From the sequence record OM634661.1: a stretch of 64,000 nucleotides of DNA, one strand, 5' to 3'. Shown here piece by piece: positions 27,826 to 41,000 of this stretch. The notes under the pieces are model-generated. The model worked only from the letters and a program-made list of their open reading frames with translations. It ran no database searches and was not told the DNA's origin. The number at the start of each line of letters is the position of its first letter. Position 1 is the stretch's first letter. Made by a program: the position numbers and the translations under genes.

Positions 27826-30800
27826 ATGGCAGGAAGTGAGTATGAACAATATGTAAATAGTCGTAAAGAAGATGAATCCTCTTCTGGTCTTGGCAATGCC
27901 ATTAAAGTTGGAGCGTTAATAGGTGCTGGGGCATTAGGTTACAGATATAGAAGAGAATTAGGTAGTGGGATTAGAACTCTAGGCGCTGGAGCTATGAGTG
28001 TAACAAACAGAGGTGTTGCAAGATTAGCAAGAAGTGAAACATTAAAAGATCGAATCTCACAAACAGGATCTTTCTTAAAAGCAATGGATCACGCTTTAGA
28101 TATGAAATCTCCTGTCTTCCATCTTCAAAACAGGCAGCGATTCAATAATCGTTTTGACGACTCTATGAGAAGAAGCCTGACAGAACTTGAAAAAAGAAAA
28201 CAAGGTGTTATGCGAAGAACGCCTACTCAAATTGAACAATCATTAGATACTCTCAGACATAATAGAAAAATGGGAGACTTTATGACTGAAAGGGCATTAA
28301 GGTTTAATGCTTCTATGGATGCATTGAATAAAAAAATGCCAGACAGAATGCAAGGCGGTCTTAGAGATATTCTCAACAATATGTCTGATGACTTCTTTAA
28401 TGATCCGTCTAAAGGTAAGATAAGAGGTCTCTTAGATTCTTATTCTCCTGAAAACGCAAAGAAAAATAACTTTGCTTTCAATATACCTATCAAGTCAGAT
28501 TCAGAAAAGAGTCAGTTTATTGATGAGATGTTTGAAGTTCTTGATACATTCAGGGACACAAAGGCTCTTAGAAAAGAAGATGTAAAAGCTTCTAAGAAGA
28601 AAATGAGAGACAATATGTATGACGGATTTATGCGTCAACATAAAAAAGAAGACACCTTCTTTACCAAGATGATGGAGAAGCAAGGGTGGAAGCAAGCCAC
28701 TGTTGAAGATCTATTAATGCATAAGACAGGCGGCAAGATGGACAGTGGATCTATCAGGCTTCCAAAGAAAGATGGTTCTCATTTCGAAGCAAGAATGAAC
28801 AGTAAACTAAGCAAATTGATGAAGCTAGATCCTAAAGTAGGGGATCTGATTGCTGATCCAAATCTGTATGTAAACCCTAGAGGGGAAATGCTAGACCTCA
28901 GAAAAGCAGCTGAAACAACATGGAAAGGTCTTGCTGGGTTCAGGGATAATTTCCAAATTCCATTCTTACGATTTAACCCACTAGATTTAATGCACTTCAC
29001 ATCATTCCAAGCAGTTAAGGAAGCACCTCAAACATACTTTATGCGAAGAGGTACGATTGATGTTAAGACAGGTATTAGCAAAAACATAGAAACTGTTAGA
29101 CATCCTATGGCTCATAACCAAGATGCAAAGGTTGGACCATTAGGAAAAGAATATGTCTACATGAGTGGAAATGTCTATGATGTAGGAAGCGGGGATCTTG
29201 TTGAGACAGGTAAGTATCTAGCTTCTGGTCGTTTCGGTATGTATCCTCGTGCTTTATCTGGAATGGCAAACTTACATAGACAAGATTATAGAGATAGAGG
29301 ATTCTTAGGCAAGCTATTTGATGTAGGTAAACAAGAGAATGAAGCAGTATGGTCAAGAATGGCAAGTACTGTTACGAAGTTTAAAGACGAGAATTGGGAA
29401 CGTAATTACAAAACCCTGATTGCAAGCGGAAAGACAGAAGAAGCTTATAAGAACGTATATGCAATGCTTGAACAGCATACAACCCCTATGAGTGATGACA
29501 CAATATCTCATATCTCTTCTCAAGTTAAGAAGGCATATGGAAAGTTAGATATAGATATTGAAAATATGAAGTCACCTGAAGAGGTAATGACAACTTTAGG
29601 TAAGCTAAATGAAGCAACCATGCTTCCTAACTCTGGAGTTGTTCAGAATAAAGAATTAAGCTTACAGATCAATCAGTTCTGGGCGCAGTATAGAAATAAT
29701 CCAACAGAGTTTATGAAGAACCAGAGAATCAAGACTGATCATATGCCATATGTACCAGAAGCACTATCAGCTCTTGATATGCACGAAACAAATATGATCG
29801 ACAAACTAGATGACGTAAAGAGACTTATTCATCAACATGCAATTGCACAGGTTGAATTTGCAAACTCAAGTTCATCAAAAGTAACGGTTGGATCTTTAGT
29901 AAGAGAAGGTATTCGAAATGGACAGTTAGAAACAAATGCAATGTCTGAAGTAAGAGGATTAGATGTTCTTACTTCTATGAGATCTTATTGGGACGATGTG
30001 TATAAAAATGGTCCTCTTGAAAAGAATGCAGCGCTTGATCAATTTGCAAACACTGTAATGGATGAATCAAAACCATTCGTTCATGCACTTGATCAAACCA
30101 TTAAAGAACAGACTCCTTGGTACTCAATGGGTACAGGAGACTCACCTCCTCAATACTTTGGCTATGTTGGATATCAAACAATGGATAAAGCCAAAGGTGC
30201 TAAGTGGATGCTTGAAAACTTTAACAAGCAATATCAAAATGGAGAGTCTCCACTTAAAGCTGGTGTAAATTCATTAATGGGAGTATTAGGTCAGCCATTT
30301 GCTGGTCGTAAAAATATTCAAGATGTCACAACAGCAACCCTTCCATTCTATTACTTTGCAGAACGTCTAGATAACGCTATTTCTCAAGCAGGTCTTGGTT
30401 TATCTCAACAAAACAGGGGATCAATGCAGAGCATCTTACTGAATCAATTTGGAAGACGAATCATACTTCCTTATGTTGCTTATAAGCAAGCACAGTATCT
30501 TGATGATATGACAGGTGATGTTGTAAGTGACAAGCTTGGAGAAACTTATGCGAATATGCATGAGGATGTTGGAAGGATTAAAGAGATATTCGGACTGAAT
30601 AAAATCGGTGAAGATATTGCTTCTATACTTCCTGGTATTGAACAATTGAAAGAAATCACACCTATTAAAATGTTTAACTTTGCGACAATGGGTGCTTTCT
30701 TTGATAATAGGTCTGGTGAAGAAATCAGAGAGTATTATGAAGATGGGGAAGATCCTATTAGGAAAGGTCGTTTCTGGGGTATTGGATCAGGTACACCTTG

Positions 30801-33800
30801 GCAGGGCGGAAAGATAGATCGTTTTGAACCAAACTGGTACAGAAAGATGAAGTCTGATTACCAATACACAGATACGATGTATGGAAGCTCTTCAGAGTAT
30901 TGGGCAAACCACTGGATGCCTACATTAACACATCCATTTGCTCCACTCAAACATTTCTTACTAGATCCTAACCATTGGGCGAACAAGCACAAAGATGACA
31001 GACCTTATCCAGTCACTGGTGGAATTACAGAGCTTGAAAGTATTCCTTTAGTCGGTCCTTTATTAAATGCAACAGCAGGAAGAATTATTAATCCGACAAG
31101 AGTTGATCCAAGACTCGAAAAGAGTCATAGGGAATACTTAAAAGAAGTCAATGAACATATCAAGTCTCAATATGACCAAGCAACATCTGGCGGCTCACTT
31201 CAATTCATGCCAGCTGGTGGATATGAAATTATTGATGGAAATCTTGGTGGAGGCGAAGCTGGAAGCGGAGAAGGATATGGATACGGAGATGGCAGCGGGA
31301 CTGGAACTGGTGGAGGAGATGGCACACCTGTTGTTACCTCTGACGATATTGGTGGAGGTAGAGGTTCAACTGGTGCTTCTGGTGATTTAAGAGCAAGTCT
31401 TGCCATTATGAACAAAGCTTATTCTGAAAATGGAGGACCAGCACTAGGCTCTGGAGGAAGTCCTATTAGATCAATTACTGGACTAAATGACTTGAGAGAT
31501 CCTGATATGGTATCTGATTTAAAAGATATTGGACAGATTACAGATGCATCAGGAATTGCACGAGATGCTTTCTATAGCCTAAGTGAGGTTGCTGGTATCT
31601 ATGGTTTCTCTGTTAAGGCAGCCACTGGATTTGAAGAGGGTGGAAGAGGAACAACACTTGAAAATGCATCAAGAATGACAAGCTATGCAAGAGCATGGTG
31701 GGATCTTGAAATGGGCGGTATGGGTGGACAGCTATCAGAGATTGGTAGACGTTATGTTCCTCGTGACCCAAATAAAAGATACTACAATCCAATAAGAAAC
31801 CAAATGCCAGACTGGATAGACAAAATTGTCCAGTATAAACTCTTTTAATTGCTGGGAACCCCTTAGAGCCATTAACACCACAACGTAGCTGGTGACAGCA
31901 AGCGTGATGGTTTAAAAAGATAATGGATTGGGCAATCAGCAGCTTGACTTAATTTAATTCCCATGTAATGATATGGTAAAGTACTTCGTATGTGAAAAAG
32001 GAGGAAATACTATGGATTACAGAATAAAAGATATGAGAAATAAGAAATATGGAAGGCTTACTGCTTTGAGGTATATAGAAACCAGAGCAGGTGGAGCATA
32101 CTGGATGTTTAAATGTGACTGCGGAAATGAGAAGATCATTAACGGCTCAACAGTAAGATGCGGTAAAGTGAGTTCATGTGGTTGTCTTGCTAAAGAAGTT
32201 TTTTCTAAAAAGATCACTAAGCATGGAATGGCAAATACAAGGACATATAATATATGGGTCGGTATAAAACAGAGATGTTTAAATCCAAAGTCATCTGCGT
32301 ATGAAAACTATGGAGCTAAAGGAATAACAATTTGTGAAGAATGGATGGATTTTGAAAAGTTCTTTGCAGATATGGGTGAAGCACCTGAAGGGTTCACTAT
32401 TGAAAGAATAGATAATGAACTCGGTTATTCAAAAGTAAATTGCAAATGGGCAAATCGCTCAGAGCAAAATATAAATAAATCATACAAAAACAACACTACT
32501 GGTATGAAAAACATATCTTACAATAAAAGAGATGATGATTACTCCGTTGGTATTTGCAGAAATAAAAAGAGATATAGAAAGAACTTCAAAAATCTCGAAG
32601 ATGCAATCAAATGGAGAGACTCTCTCTTAGAGGAATTAAATAGTTGAGTTCAACGACTAGAGAAAGGGAAGGTCTTGAAAAAGGCAAACCGAGTATCGTA
32701 CAGCCAAGTGGTGTCCACCTTTCGTAATAAGAAAGAATTGCTTATAAAAAGCATAGGGCTTAAATGGAAAAAGAGAGGGCTAGATATTCTAGCTATGATA
32801 TAGTCTAGTCTACATGGAAAGCATGTAGCAGTTCATAAGAGAACGGCAACGAAGTAACGACTCGTTGTGAATGTAACGGCCAGGAGTAGAATACTTTACT
32901 GATTTCCAACATGGTGATCCTTTTGTAAAAGTAGCAAAGGGTGAAATGAGACTCCCAGGAGAAGCATATGAAACCCTAAACAAATTACATCCTGATGCAT
33001 TTGGAGAGTATGGCGCATTTGATAGATTTAAAATATTAGCAGATGTTGCTCCTTATAGTAGTCAATATAAATTCTACAAGGGCGTTGTCTCACAAATGAA
33101 CCAAGAAGGTCTCCTTGATGAGTCAATGCAAAAGCAATACAAGAAAGTAAGAGATCAAGTATCAGCTAAAAAAGATAAATATAACTTCTATAATAGAAGA
33201 TTTGACAATGCAGATATTTATCAAGAAGAAGTAACAATCACAAAAATTATAGATCAAAACACATTTTTGACAAAAGAACATCCAAATAATCCAATTAAAT
33301 TAGCGGGCGTTAGTATTAAAGCTGATGATGAAGAAACACAAGCATGGTTGAGTCAGTATATCTATGAAGGTGCTACAGTTAAAGTAGGATTAGATTCTGA
33401 TCCTTTATATAGAGTCAGAGATGACATGATGAATACAATGAGAGCTGTTGTATATGCAGGTGAAAGATCAGAGGGTATGCCTTTCTACATGTCAGAAAAA
33501 GGGCAGAACTTAAACTATATGCTTGCCAATAGATCTTCTGGTGGATTCATGGGTATTGGTGGAGAAAAAACTGTATCTGTTAAAGACGATGGTAGCGCAA
33601 CTTCTACTCAAGCCTTATATAGTAACGATCAAATCACAGTAGGTAAGATATGGGAGTACTTAACTCATGACATTCTTCCACAAGCACCAATTGTAGGAAC
33701 AGTGGCTGATAAGTTCTTACAGATCAGAAGTCCACTTGAAGAATATAAGAGAACTCAGATTTACGGTAAGGCATGGAAACCTTGGGAAGAACCAATTAGC

Positions 33801-34979
33801 GGATGGGTAGAACCAATGCTTGATACAATCAGAGAGAGACATCCTTTAGTGGCAGCAGCAGAAGGTTATGGAATCGGATGGTTGTTTGGAAGAAAAGGAA
33901 GAGGTAAGTATTATGGCAAATGGGTCGGAGCAATTATTGGTGGAGGATTAAGTGCTTCTAGGGTATTCGGTGAAGCGATCAGTTCCATGACTCCAGGCAA
34001 AAGCGGATATGATGATACATGGATGCCAGAGAGAAGAAGAAAAGAACGAGAGATTAATGAGTATTTTGATAGATTAAAATACATGAAGTTCAAAGGTCTC
34101 TATGAGAAGACAAGGCAAGAAGCATTAAAGCAAGAAGGCATTGATATTGAAAAAGTTATCGGTGATGGAGCAAATAAAGGAAAGCAAAATAAGCAAGAGA
34201 GAAGATTTGCTGATAGCGTAAAAAAATGGCTTTCCATTAGCAAAAAGATAGGTTATGGTGATGAAGAACAAATAAAATCACAATTAAGTGAAATCAGAGA
34301 TAGAATGAAAATCATAGATGAAGACAGACCTAATGTTGAAATTGGTCCGTTAGCAATGCTTGCTTTAAGATACAAAGCGGAATATGAGTCAACTCTTTAC
34401 GGAGCAGATCCAAATGGAGACATGACAAAAATATTCAGAGCATTACCTTCTAAAGATAGAGAGTTCTTCACTGAGTTCATGAAGGCTGCACCTGGAGAAA
34501 GAGAAGAAATCTTACGACTTGTTCCTAAAGATCAAAGAAGATTCTACCAAGCAAAATGGGGATTGGACACAGATGAACCTGAAAGCTTAGGATCTTACTT
34601 CTCAGACCACTACTTACCTGATGCAAATTGGGAAGGGTGGAAGCCAAATATTGATCTAGAAAGTATTAAATTGAAAGTTGTTAAAAATGAAGCACTTGAA
34701 TTAACAGAGTTCGGATTATGGGGCGATGATGAAAAAAGAGCAATGGAATCTGGTGTAGATAGTATTGATATAGATAGACCAACATTAGGTTCTAGAATTG
34801 ATGTAGGAAGAATTGAAAATATCCTAAGAGGCTCTGGTTTAAAAGACGTATCTGTATCCATGAACGTTTCAAGTGGTCAATCAGAAAGTAAAGTAGATAT
34901 TGGTATGAATATACTTAGAGATAGAACAGAAGAGCTTGCAAGTGAGATTAAGGAAAATATATCTAGTATATTCTCTTAA
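27826..34979 (+). CDS. Tape-measure-like protein, two exons (27826-31817 and 32879-34979), 2030 aa after splicing
   Basis: Joining TGG AT|G CCA gives NQMPDW-M-PGVEYFTDFQHGDPF in frame with the 677-aa ORF. Follows the chaperones; helical; hydrophobic segment near the C-terminus. Confidence 0.8.
31818..32878 (+). mobile_element. Group I intron (1061 nt) carrying a homing endonuclease
   Basis: P1 ACTGGAT/GTCCAGT with U31817-G31828 wobble; P element AATTGCTGGGAA; Q element AATCAGCAG; R element GTTCAACGACTAG; S element ATGATATAGTCT; P9 CTACATG/CATGTAG; terminal G at 32878. Confidence 0.93.
32012..32647 (+). CDS. Intron-encoded HNH homing endonuclease with AP2-like C-terminal domain
   Basis: ATG 32012 after AAGGAGG; CDCG...SCGC; WVGIKQRCLNP...TIERIDNELGYSKVNCKW; NNTTGMKNISY...FKNLEDAIKWR. 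Confidence 0.88.
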   Translation: MDYRIKDMRNKKYGRLTALRYIETRAGGAYWMFKCDCGNEKIINGSTVRCGKVSSCGCLAKEVFSKKITKHGMANTRTYNIWVGIKQRCLNPKSSAYENYGAKGITICEEWMDFEKFFADMGEAPEGFTIERIDNELGYSKVNCKWANRSEQNINKSYKNNTTGMKNISYNKRDDDYSVGICRNKKRYRKNFKNLEDAIKWRDSLLEELNS

Positions 34980-35002
34980 ACTATAATAGAAGGTGAAGGA
35001 AT

Positions 35003-38000
35003 ATGGACAAAAACAATCTTGTACAAAGATATGGCGGTGTCTCAGGCGATATAGTCTGGGATAGCCGCTCTCCTTCTAATTTCTCGAACACAAATAGTGC
35101 AGAAAGAAATGAAGGAGCACAGACTGCTGCAAAAGCGCTTAATGAATTAGATTACAATTCAAGTGCATATAAAAACTCATTAGGTATCTGGAGTCAAGTG
35201 AATCCAGCTAACCCTTTCCAAAATAATGGACAACAAGCCATTCAGGGATTAATGAATATGAAGGAAGGTTCTGATGTCTTTGTTTATGATACAGAGATAC
35301 TAGGAACAGCACCAATGCATAGAAAAAGAAATAGTGTCGATTTCTACACTCCTACAGAAATTGCAATACAGCATACGAAGTTTATTAATGGAAAGTTGCA
35401 AACAGTAGAAAATAGCAACCGATCTCTTCTTATTCAACCTACAACAGATGTGTACAACAAATTAGATGATCTTATTAGGCAAGCAGCAAAAGGCAGATGG
35501 GTTGGTATGACAGATGACCAGCGCAGAACCCTATCGGATTTGACTCTGTATTCAGGTGATGCATCAGAGTTATTTGACGTACAAAATGTTCATGGACGAA
35601 AGATTGTTACTGTTAAAACACAGAACAGAAAAGTTCATCCTTTACAGGGAAGTGTTCTTTCATCTTCTAAAAATATTGCGAGAATGCAACAAGGACTAAA
35701 AAACTTAATGGAGTTTGGAACAGCACCTAAAGACATGGCATGGGAATTAAATAGATTTATGCAAGGTACAACAAATGCAATGTTTGCAGGTTACAACGTT
35801 CATAACTTTGATCAACCTATGATGCTTGATTATCTAAAGAATACTGTAGGTAAGTCATTAGGTAAAGACAGCGTAGCTCAAAGATCATTAGATAAACTCT
35901 ATACAGCTATGTCAGCAACACAAGTAGATGCATTCTCTGCTATTAAGACATTATACAAAGATCCTTTTAGTCGATTTGGCGCTAGAACAACACTTGAAAG
36001 AATGGATGAATTGATTAATGGAAGTAAAAAGAGAGATGGGTCTCGTATCGCTCACTTTGGTCTTTCTGATGCAAAGGTAACAGTAGATACCTTTAATAGT
36101 ATATTAGCAGATAATAATGTTTCAAAAATGATCTCTTCTGGAGGTAAAGCAAGAATCCCAGGATACGGAACATGGACTTCTAAGAATATTGAAGTAGGAG
36201 ATTTATTATTCGGTAAAGCAGGTCTTAATAGTCATGATTATGACGGTGTATACAAAAGAAGAGGCGGCGTATTAGAGCCAGCTTACAATATTAAAACAAA
36301 CAATATCTATAGAAATACAACATATGAAGTAAAGAACTTCTTTGATGGTGTTGAAATTGATGGGAAGAAAATGTTTGGGGTTCAATTATACAACCAAAAT
36401 GATGATCTGCATCATACTATTTTTAGAGATAATATGGGTGAACTTCAAAAAGCGATTCATGGATCTTTAGAGCCAGCTAACAACAAGACGGATGCTATGA
36501 GAAGAACAGCTTCAAGACTTCAAAACGAAGATAGAGCACTAAGAAGATGGAGAAAAATGTTCTCTACAGAATCTGGCGGCGGTATGGATTTAGCAACTAG
36601 ACTTTATAACGCACTTGATATTGAAAGAGATGTTCGTAAGATAGCTGCTCAAGAAGGATTAAAAGACGAGAAGCTAATCAAACAACAGATTGACCAAATG
36701 ATTTTAAAGAACAATGAATGGAATACAGATGAATTTGTTCGAGACTACCACACAATGAAGGGTCGATTAAAGCATGAAGAAAGCTATGTAAGAAGCTTTA
36801 TGAACAAAGTACAGTCTAGTGAAATTGGTGGAGATACACCTTCAGCCAAAAGAGCACAGAATCTTGCAATGGCAAACTTCGGAAAGCTTCTTGATCAAGA
36901 GTTTGGTGTGAATGAGTACAAGAGAAAGTTACCAGCTGGAAGCAGAGCCTTACCAATCAACATGAATGGTGAAACTCAGTACTTAAATATGAATGGTGTA
37001 GAAGGATTAAAGAGACAAATGTATGGATCTCTTTATAAAGGTCATGTATCAAAACCAAATCCAAGTATCGTTAAGCAGAGATACAAAGAGCTTCTTGGAG
37101 AATTAAAAACAACCAATGCAATTAGTGCAAAGAAATATGAAGAAGTACTAGGTGCTTTGGATCATATAAGAAGTGGAGATTCCCTAGACAACTTATTAAC
37201 AGAGCTTTCAAACGAAGTCATGAATGAAAGAGACAGGAACTCTAAGCTTGGTCTTTCTCATATACCAGCTGAAAATCCAACTGGTGTAAACAAAACAAGT
37301 GAAAGACACAGGAATGTGTCAAAAGCTCTGAAGTCTGGTGAAATGGAAAAAATCATGGGTAGAGCTATTAACTCTGTAGATGCTTACAATATGCAGTGGG
37401 ATGGCAAGACACCAGTTCGTTTCTTAGGAAAAGAAGTAGAAGAAATGATGGATATCCATGACAAAGCAATTGGTAATATACTAAGCGACTCTGGTATTAA
37501 TAAAGATGCTCGTATCGGATTTGAAAATGCCAAAAACTCTAGATCGTCTTTAACAAAATTAGCACAAGCATTTGTGAATAATGGAATGCATGTTCAGTTT
37601 AGATATAACGAAGTAAGTAAAGGTTTAGTTATGGCACTTGCTTCACAAAAAGTTTCTGAATCTGTATTAGATGGATCTCTAAATGATTTAATGAAGAATA
37701 ATAATGTAGCGACAGTAAACCTTCCTAGAATGAATGAAGATGGAACAATTACACTAGGATCTCAGAACAGAGTAGCAAGACTTACAGCTCAAAGAAGTAA
37801 AGATGGGAGCTATCAGGTTGTCACAGCATTTGATGAAGTTATTCAATCATTAATGAGAGCAGCTCCTTTTGCTAAAGATCAACTTGAAATGGCAAGTGCA
37901 ACAGGCAAGAAGAATGGAATGCTTCGTATTGATAGCACATTGAATAGAAGAGCACGACTTGCGATGCAGAATCTTTCCATGAATAACAAAAAGATGAACA

Positions 38001-41000
38001 ACTCAGATATGGAAGACATGTATAAAACAGGATCTAGATTAGCGAACTGGATGCGTGGAAGAACAATAGACATCTCTGCATTTGCAGAAGAATGGTATAC
38101 AAACTTCTATGAAACAGCTTCTGATAAAGCTAGAAGAGAAATGAGATTGTCATCTCCAGATCGAATTAAGGCAAATATGCAATCAGGTGATTTGTTTGTA
38201 AACTCTATGGGTGTCAATGCAAGACGTATTTTCCAGAGACAGGTAGACGGCTGGTTAAGTGAAAACTTTAATATCAACGTAGATATGCACTCTGTAAAAG
38301 ATACTCATGTATCAAACTATATTCGTGCCACAGCAGATACAAGGCAGTTAACACCATTTGGATTCTTTAACCCAATGGCTCGTGAGAACATTATGAAATC
38401 TGTTAACTATCATCACCTAGATGGCAGTACTGTTAGGCAAAACCTACTAGCACGTAACTTTAGTGAAGATCGTATTGATCGAATCTTAAACAGAGGGGTT
38501 GTCACAGACAAAGCTTTAGAAGTAATGGGCGATGAAGTAGGATATCTGAATCTAAGAGCAGCATACATGGATGATAAAAGCATAGCTGAAAGAGCAACTT
38601 CTTTAAAATCTACATATGAAGAAAGAGCAAAGAACCCGAATCTTTCTGAAAAAGAAAGAGCTAAGTATGCTAGACTAGCGAAATCCATTGGTACGGCAGA
38701 AACGATCTCTACATTTGATGGTATGTTTATCATGGCTGATGACGTTGCTTCGGCATTTGAAATCAAGCGTGAAAAGAATATTAGAATATCACCAGGAGCA
38801 GAACTAAACAGTGCCATTGTAGATAAAATGAAGAAACATGTTGAATCTATGGGTGGTACATTTGATCTATCTCAAGATATGTCTATGGATGTAAAACTAA
38901 TTGGCAATGGAGTAGCAAGAGGAAAGAATGGCTCTATCACGATTAGTGACATTGCAAAAGATGATACATTCAGAAAACCAGTTGATGTATATGATAAATG
39001 GAGTAATGATGTCCGAATTAAGAAATGGGATGCAAAAGAAAATGTACTTGTATTAGAAGACACTGTGAAAACAGGTAACTCTACAAAGTTTGTTTCTGAT
39101 GCAGGACATCGTGTAACAAGTACAATTCTTCCAAGAGAAATTGTTGAAGCACTTGCTGGCGGTCAAGCAGATACAATCCTACCTGCTTTTGAAACAAGTA
39201 AGAGCCAGTGGGGAACTGAAATTAACAAGTATGTTAGCTTAGCTGTAGATGAGGCGAAGAGACAAGTTGAGTCTGGGAAATTAACAGTAGGTAAACTGAC
39301 TAAGGAAGAAACTACTCAGACTGTACTAGAACAAATTAAAGGCATGATGAGTAAGAATATTTCTAGGGAACTAGAAAAAGAAGCACTTGTTAAAGAAGGA
39401 CGAATTGTTCTATCTGATACATTTGGTATTGCTGGCGACAATGAATTAAGTATCGGATCAAGGGTCGATGCACAAGGAAGAAGACTTGGCGGATTGAATG
39501 GATTCTTATCTGATGTAGACAAATTGCTAGGAACAAGTTTCCAAGGTGGCAAAACCATTTTTGGTCAGGTAGGAATGGGACTACAGGATGTATACAATTG
39601 GGAGGACAGAATAGGTCTTTCTAATGAGAATTCAGCTGGACTTGTTAAGTACGGAAGAAAAGAAGCTGATATGATTTCCTCAAGAGCAAGAGCAGTATTA
39701 GGAGAAGAGAGCGCAGTAAGTACATGGCTTAATTCTCATATTAGAAATGCGGCTACAGCTCAAAAGAAAGATATTGAGAGAATCGGAAGCGGTCTTGTTA
39801 GAACCATTATAGAAGGAAGAGATGTTACTCCAAGTAGTGGAGATGTTGTTATTAGAACAACAGGAACAGCATTTGAAGCAGATAATATTGGTAGAGTGAC
39901 AGATCATGGAGTCAGAGAAATATCCATGAATGCAATTGATAACTTACCAGAAGTTACTCAAAAGAATCAAAAGTTCACTGTTCAAGATTACAACAGAACA
40001 ATACTGAACTTTGGTCGTACAGAAGGAACTTTTGGAGATGGATTGTCTTTTTCTGATTCTATTAAACAGAACAAAGGAACTGCTCTACTTGAAATGCCTG
40101 ATGAAACATTCTCAAGAAAATATCTAAGATTAATAGACTTTGGAGATCCTGCTAATAGAGCCATTGGTACGACTCCAGTAATGGAAGAGCTTGAGAAGGG
40201 CGCTCAGCAGATCTGGAGAGGCATTAAAGAGTATCAAGCTGTTGGGTCTAATGATAGCTTAACGCCTCAAGAAAGGGAGTCTAGGGTTAATAAGATTAGA
40301 GAGAACGTTGAAAGATCTATCTCAGACTATGAGGGTAAAGTAGCTCATATGACAAGTTCATCAAGGGACGGAAGTCTTGAGAAAAAACTTGGTTCTGCAA
40401 AGATGGATATGTCAGGTCGTTTTAGAATCCAAGGTGTAAGTCCATTTGCAAACTATGAAAAATCAGGAGATGGAACTTGGAATCAAGTTGGTAAATATCA
40501 AGAAGGCCATGTCTATATGAGTAGGCAAGCAGTTGGTGAAATGATTGATGGAGCAGAGAAGAATATTGCTTCTCAAATCATGGGATTGACCAATGAAGAA
40601 ATTAGTGGTCATGGACGCAATTTGAAGTCGAAAGTTCTTGATTATGTAAGAGATAATGGTTTATATGGATTTGTAAACCGTTACCCAACAATTAACCAAT
40701 CAACAATACAAGCAATGAAAGTATCTATTGATGAGTCAATGTCTTCAAAAGACAGAGGCGCAAGGTTAACTGTTGGAACAGCAGCAAGACTTAAAGCCGA
40801 TTATGACGGTGACTTCTTATCTACAGTATTAGCTCATTATAGTACAGATAATGCTAAAGCAATTCATGAAGACTTAGCGAAATTGCAACATGAAGAGCAT
40901 AGAGCAGGTCTACAAAGCGCACAAGGTGTTATGGATGACCTAGTATCAGATATTGATGTAAAAGCTAAACAGATGAACCTGACTGTTGGAGAGTTGATGA

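Noticed and set aside
27826-31848. The track's 1340-aa and 677-aa ORFs as independent genes
   Set aside because: They are exons of one intron-split gene; the stop at 31846-31848 lies inside the intron, and ATG 32946 is internal to exon 2.
31944-31977. SigA promoter for the intron endonuclease
   Set aside because: TTGACT is already explained as the P6a stem, and no -10 sits at canonical spacing; left unresolved.
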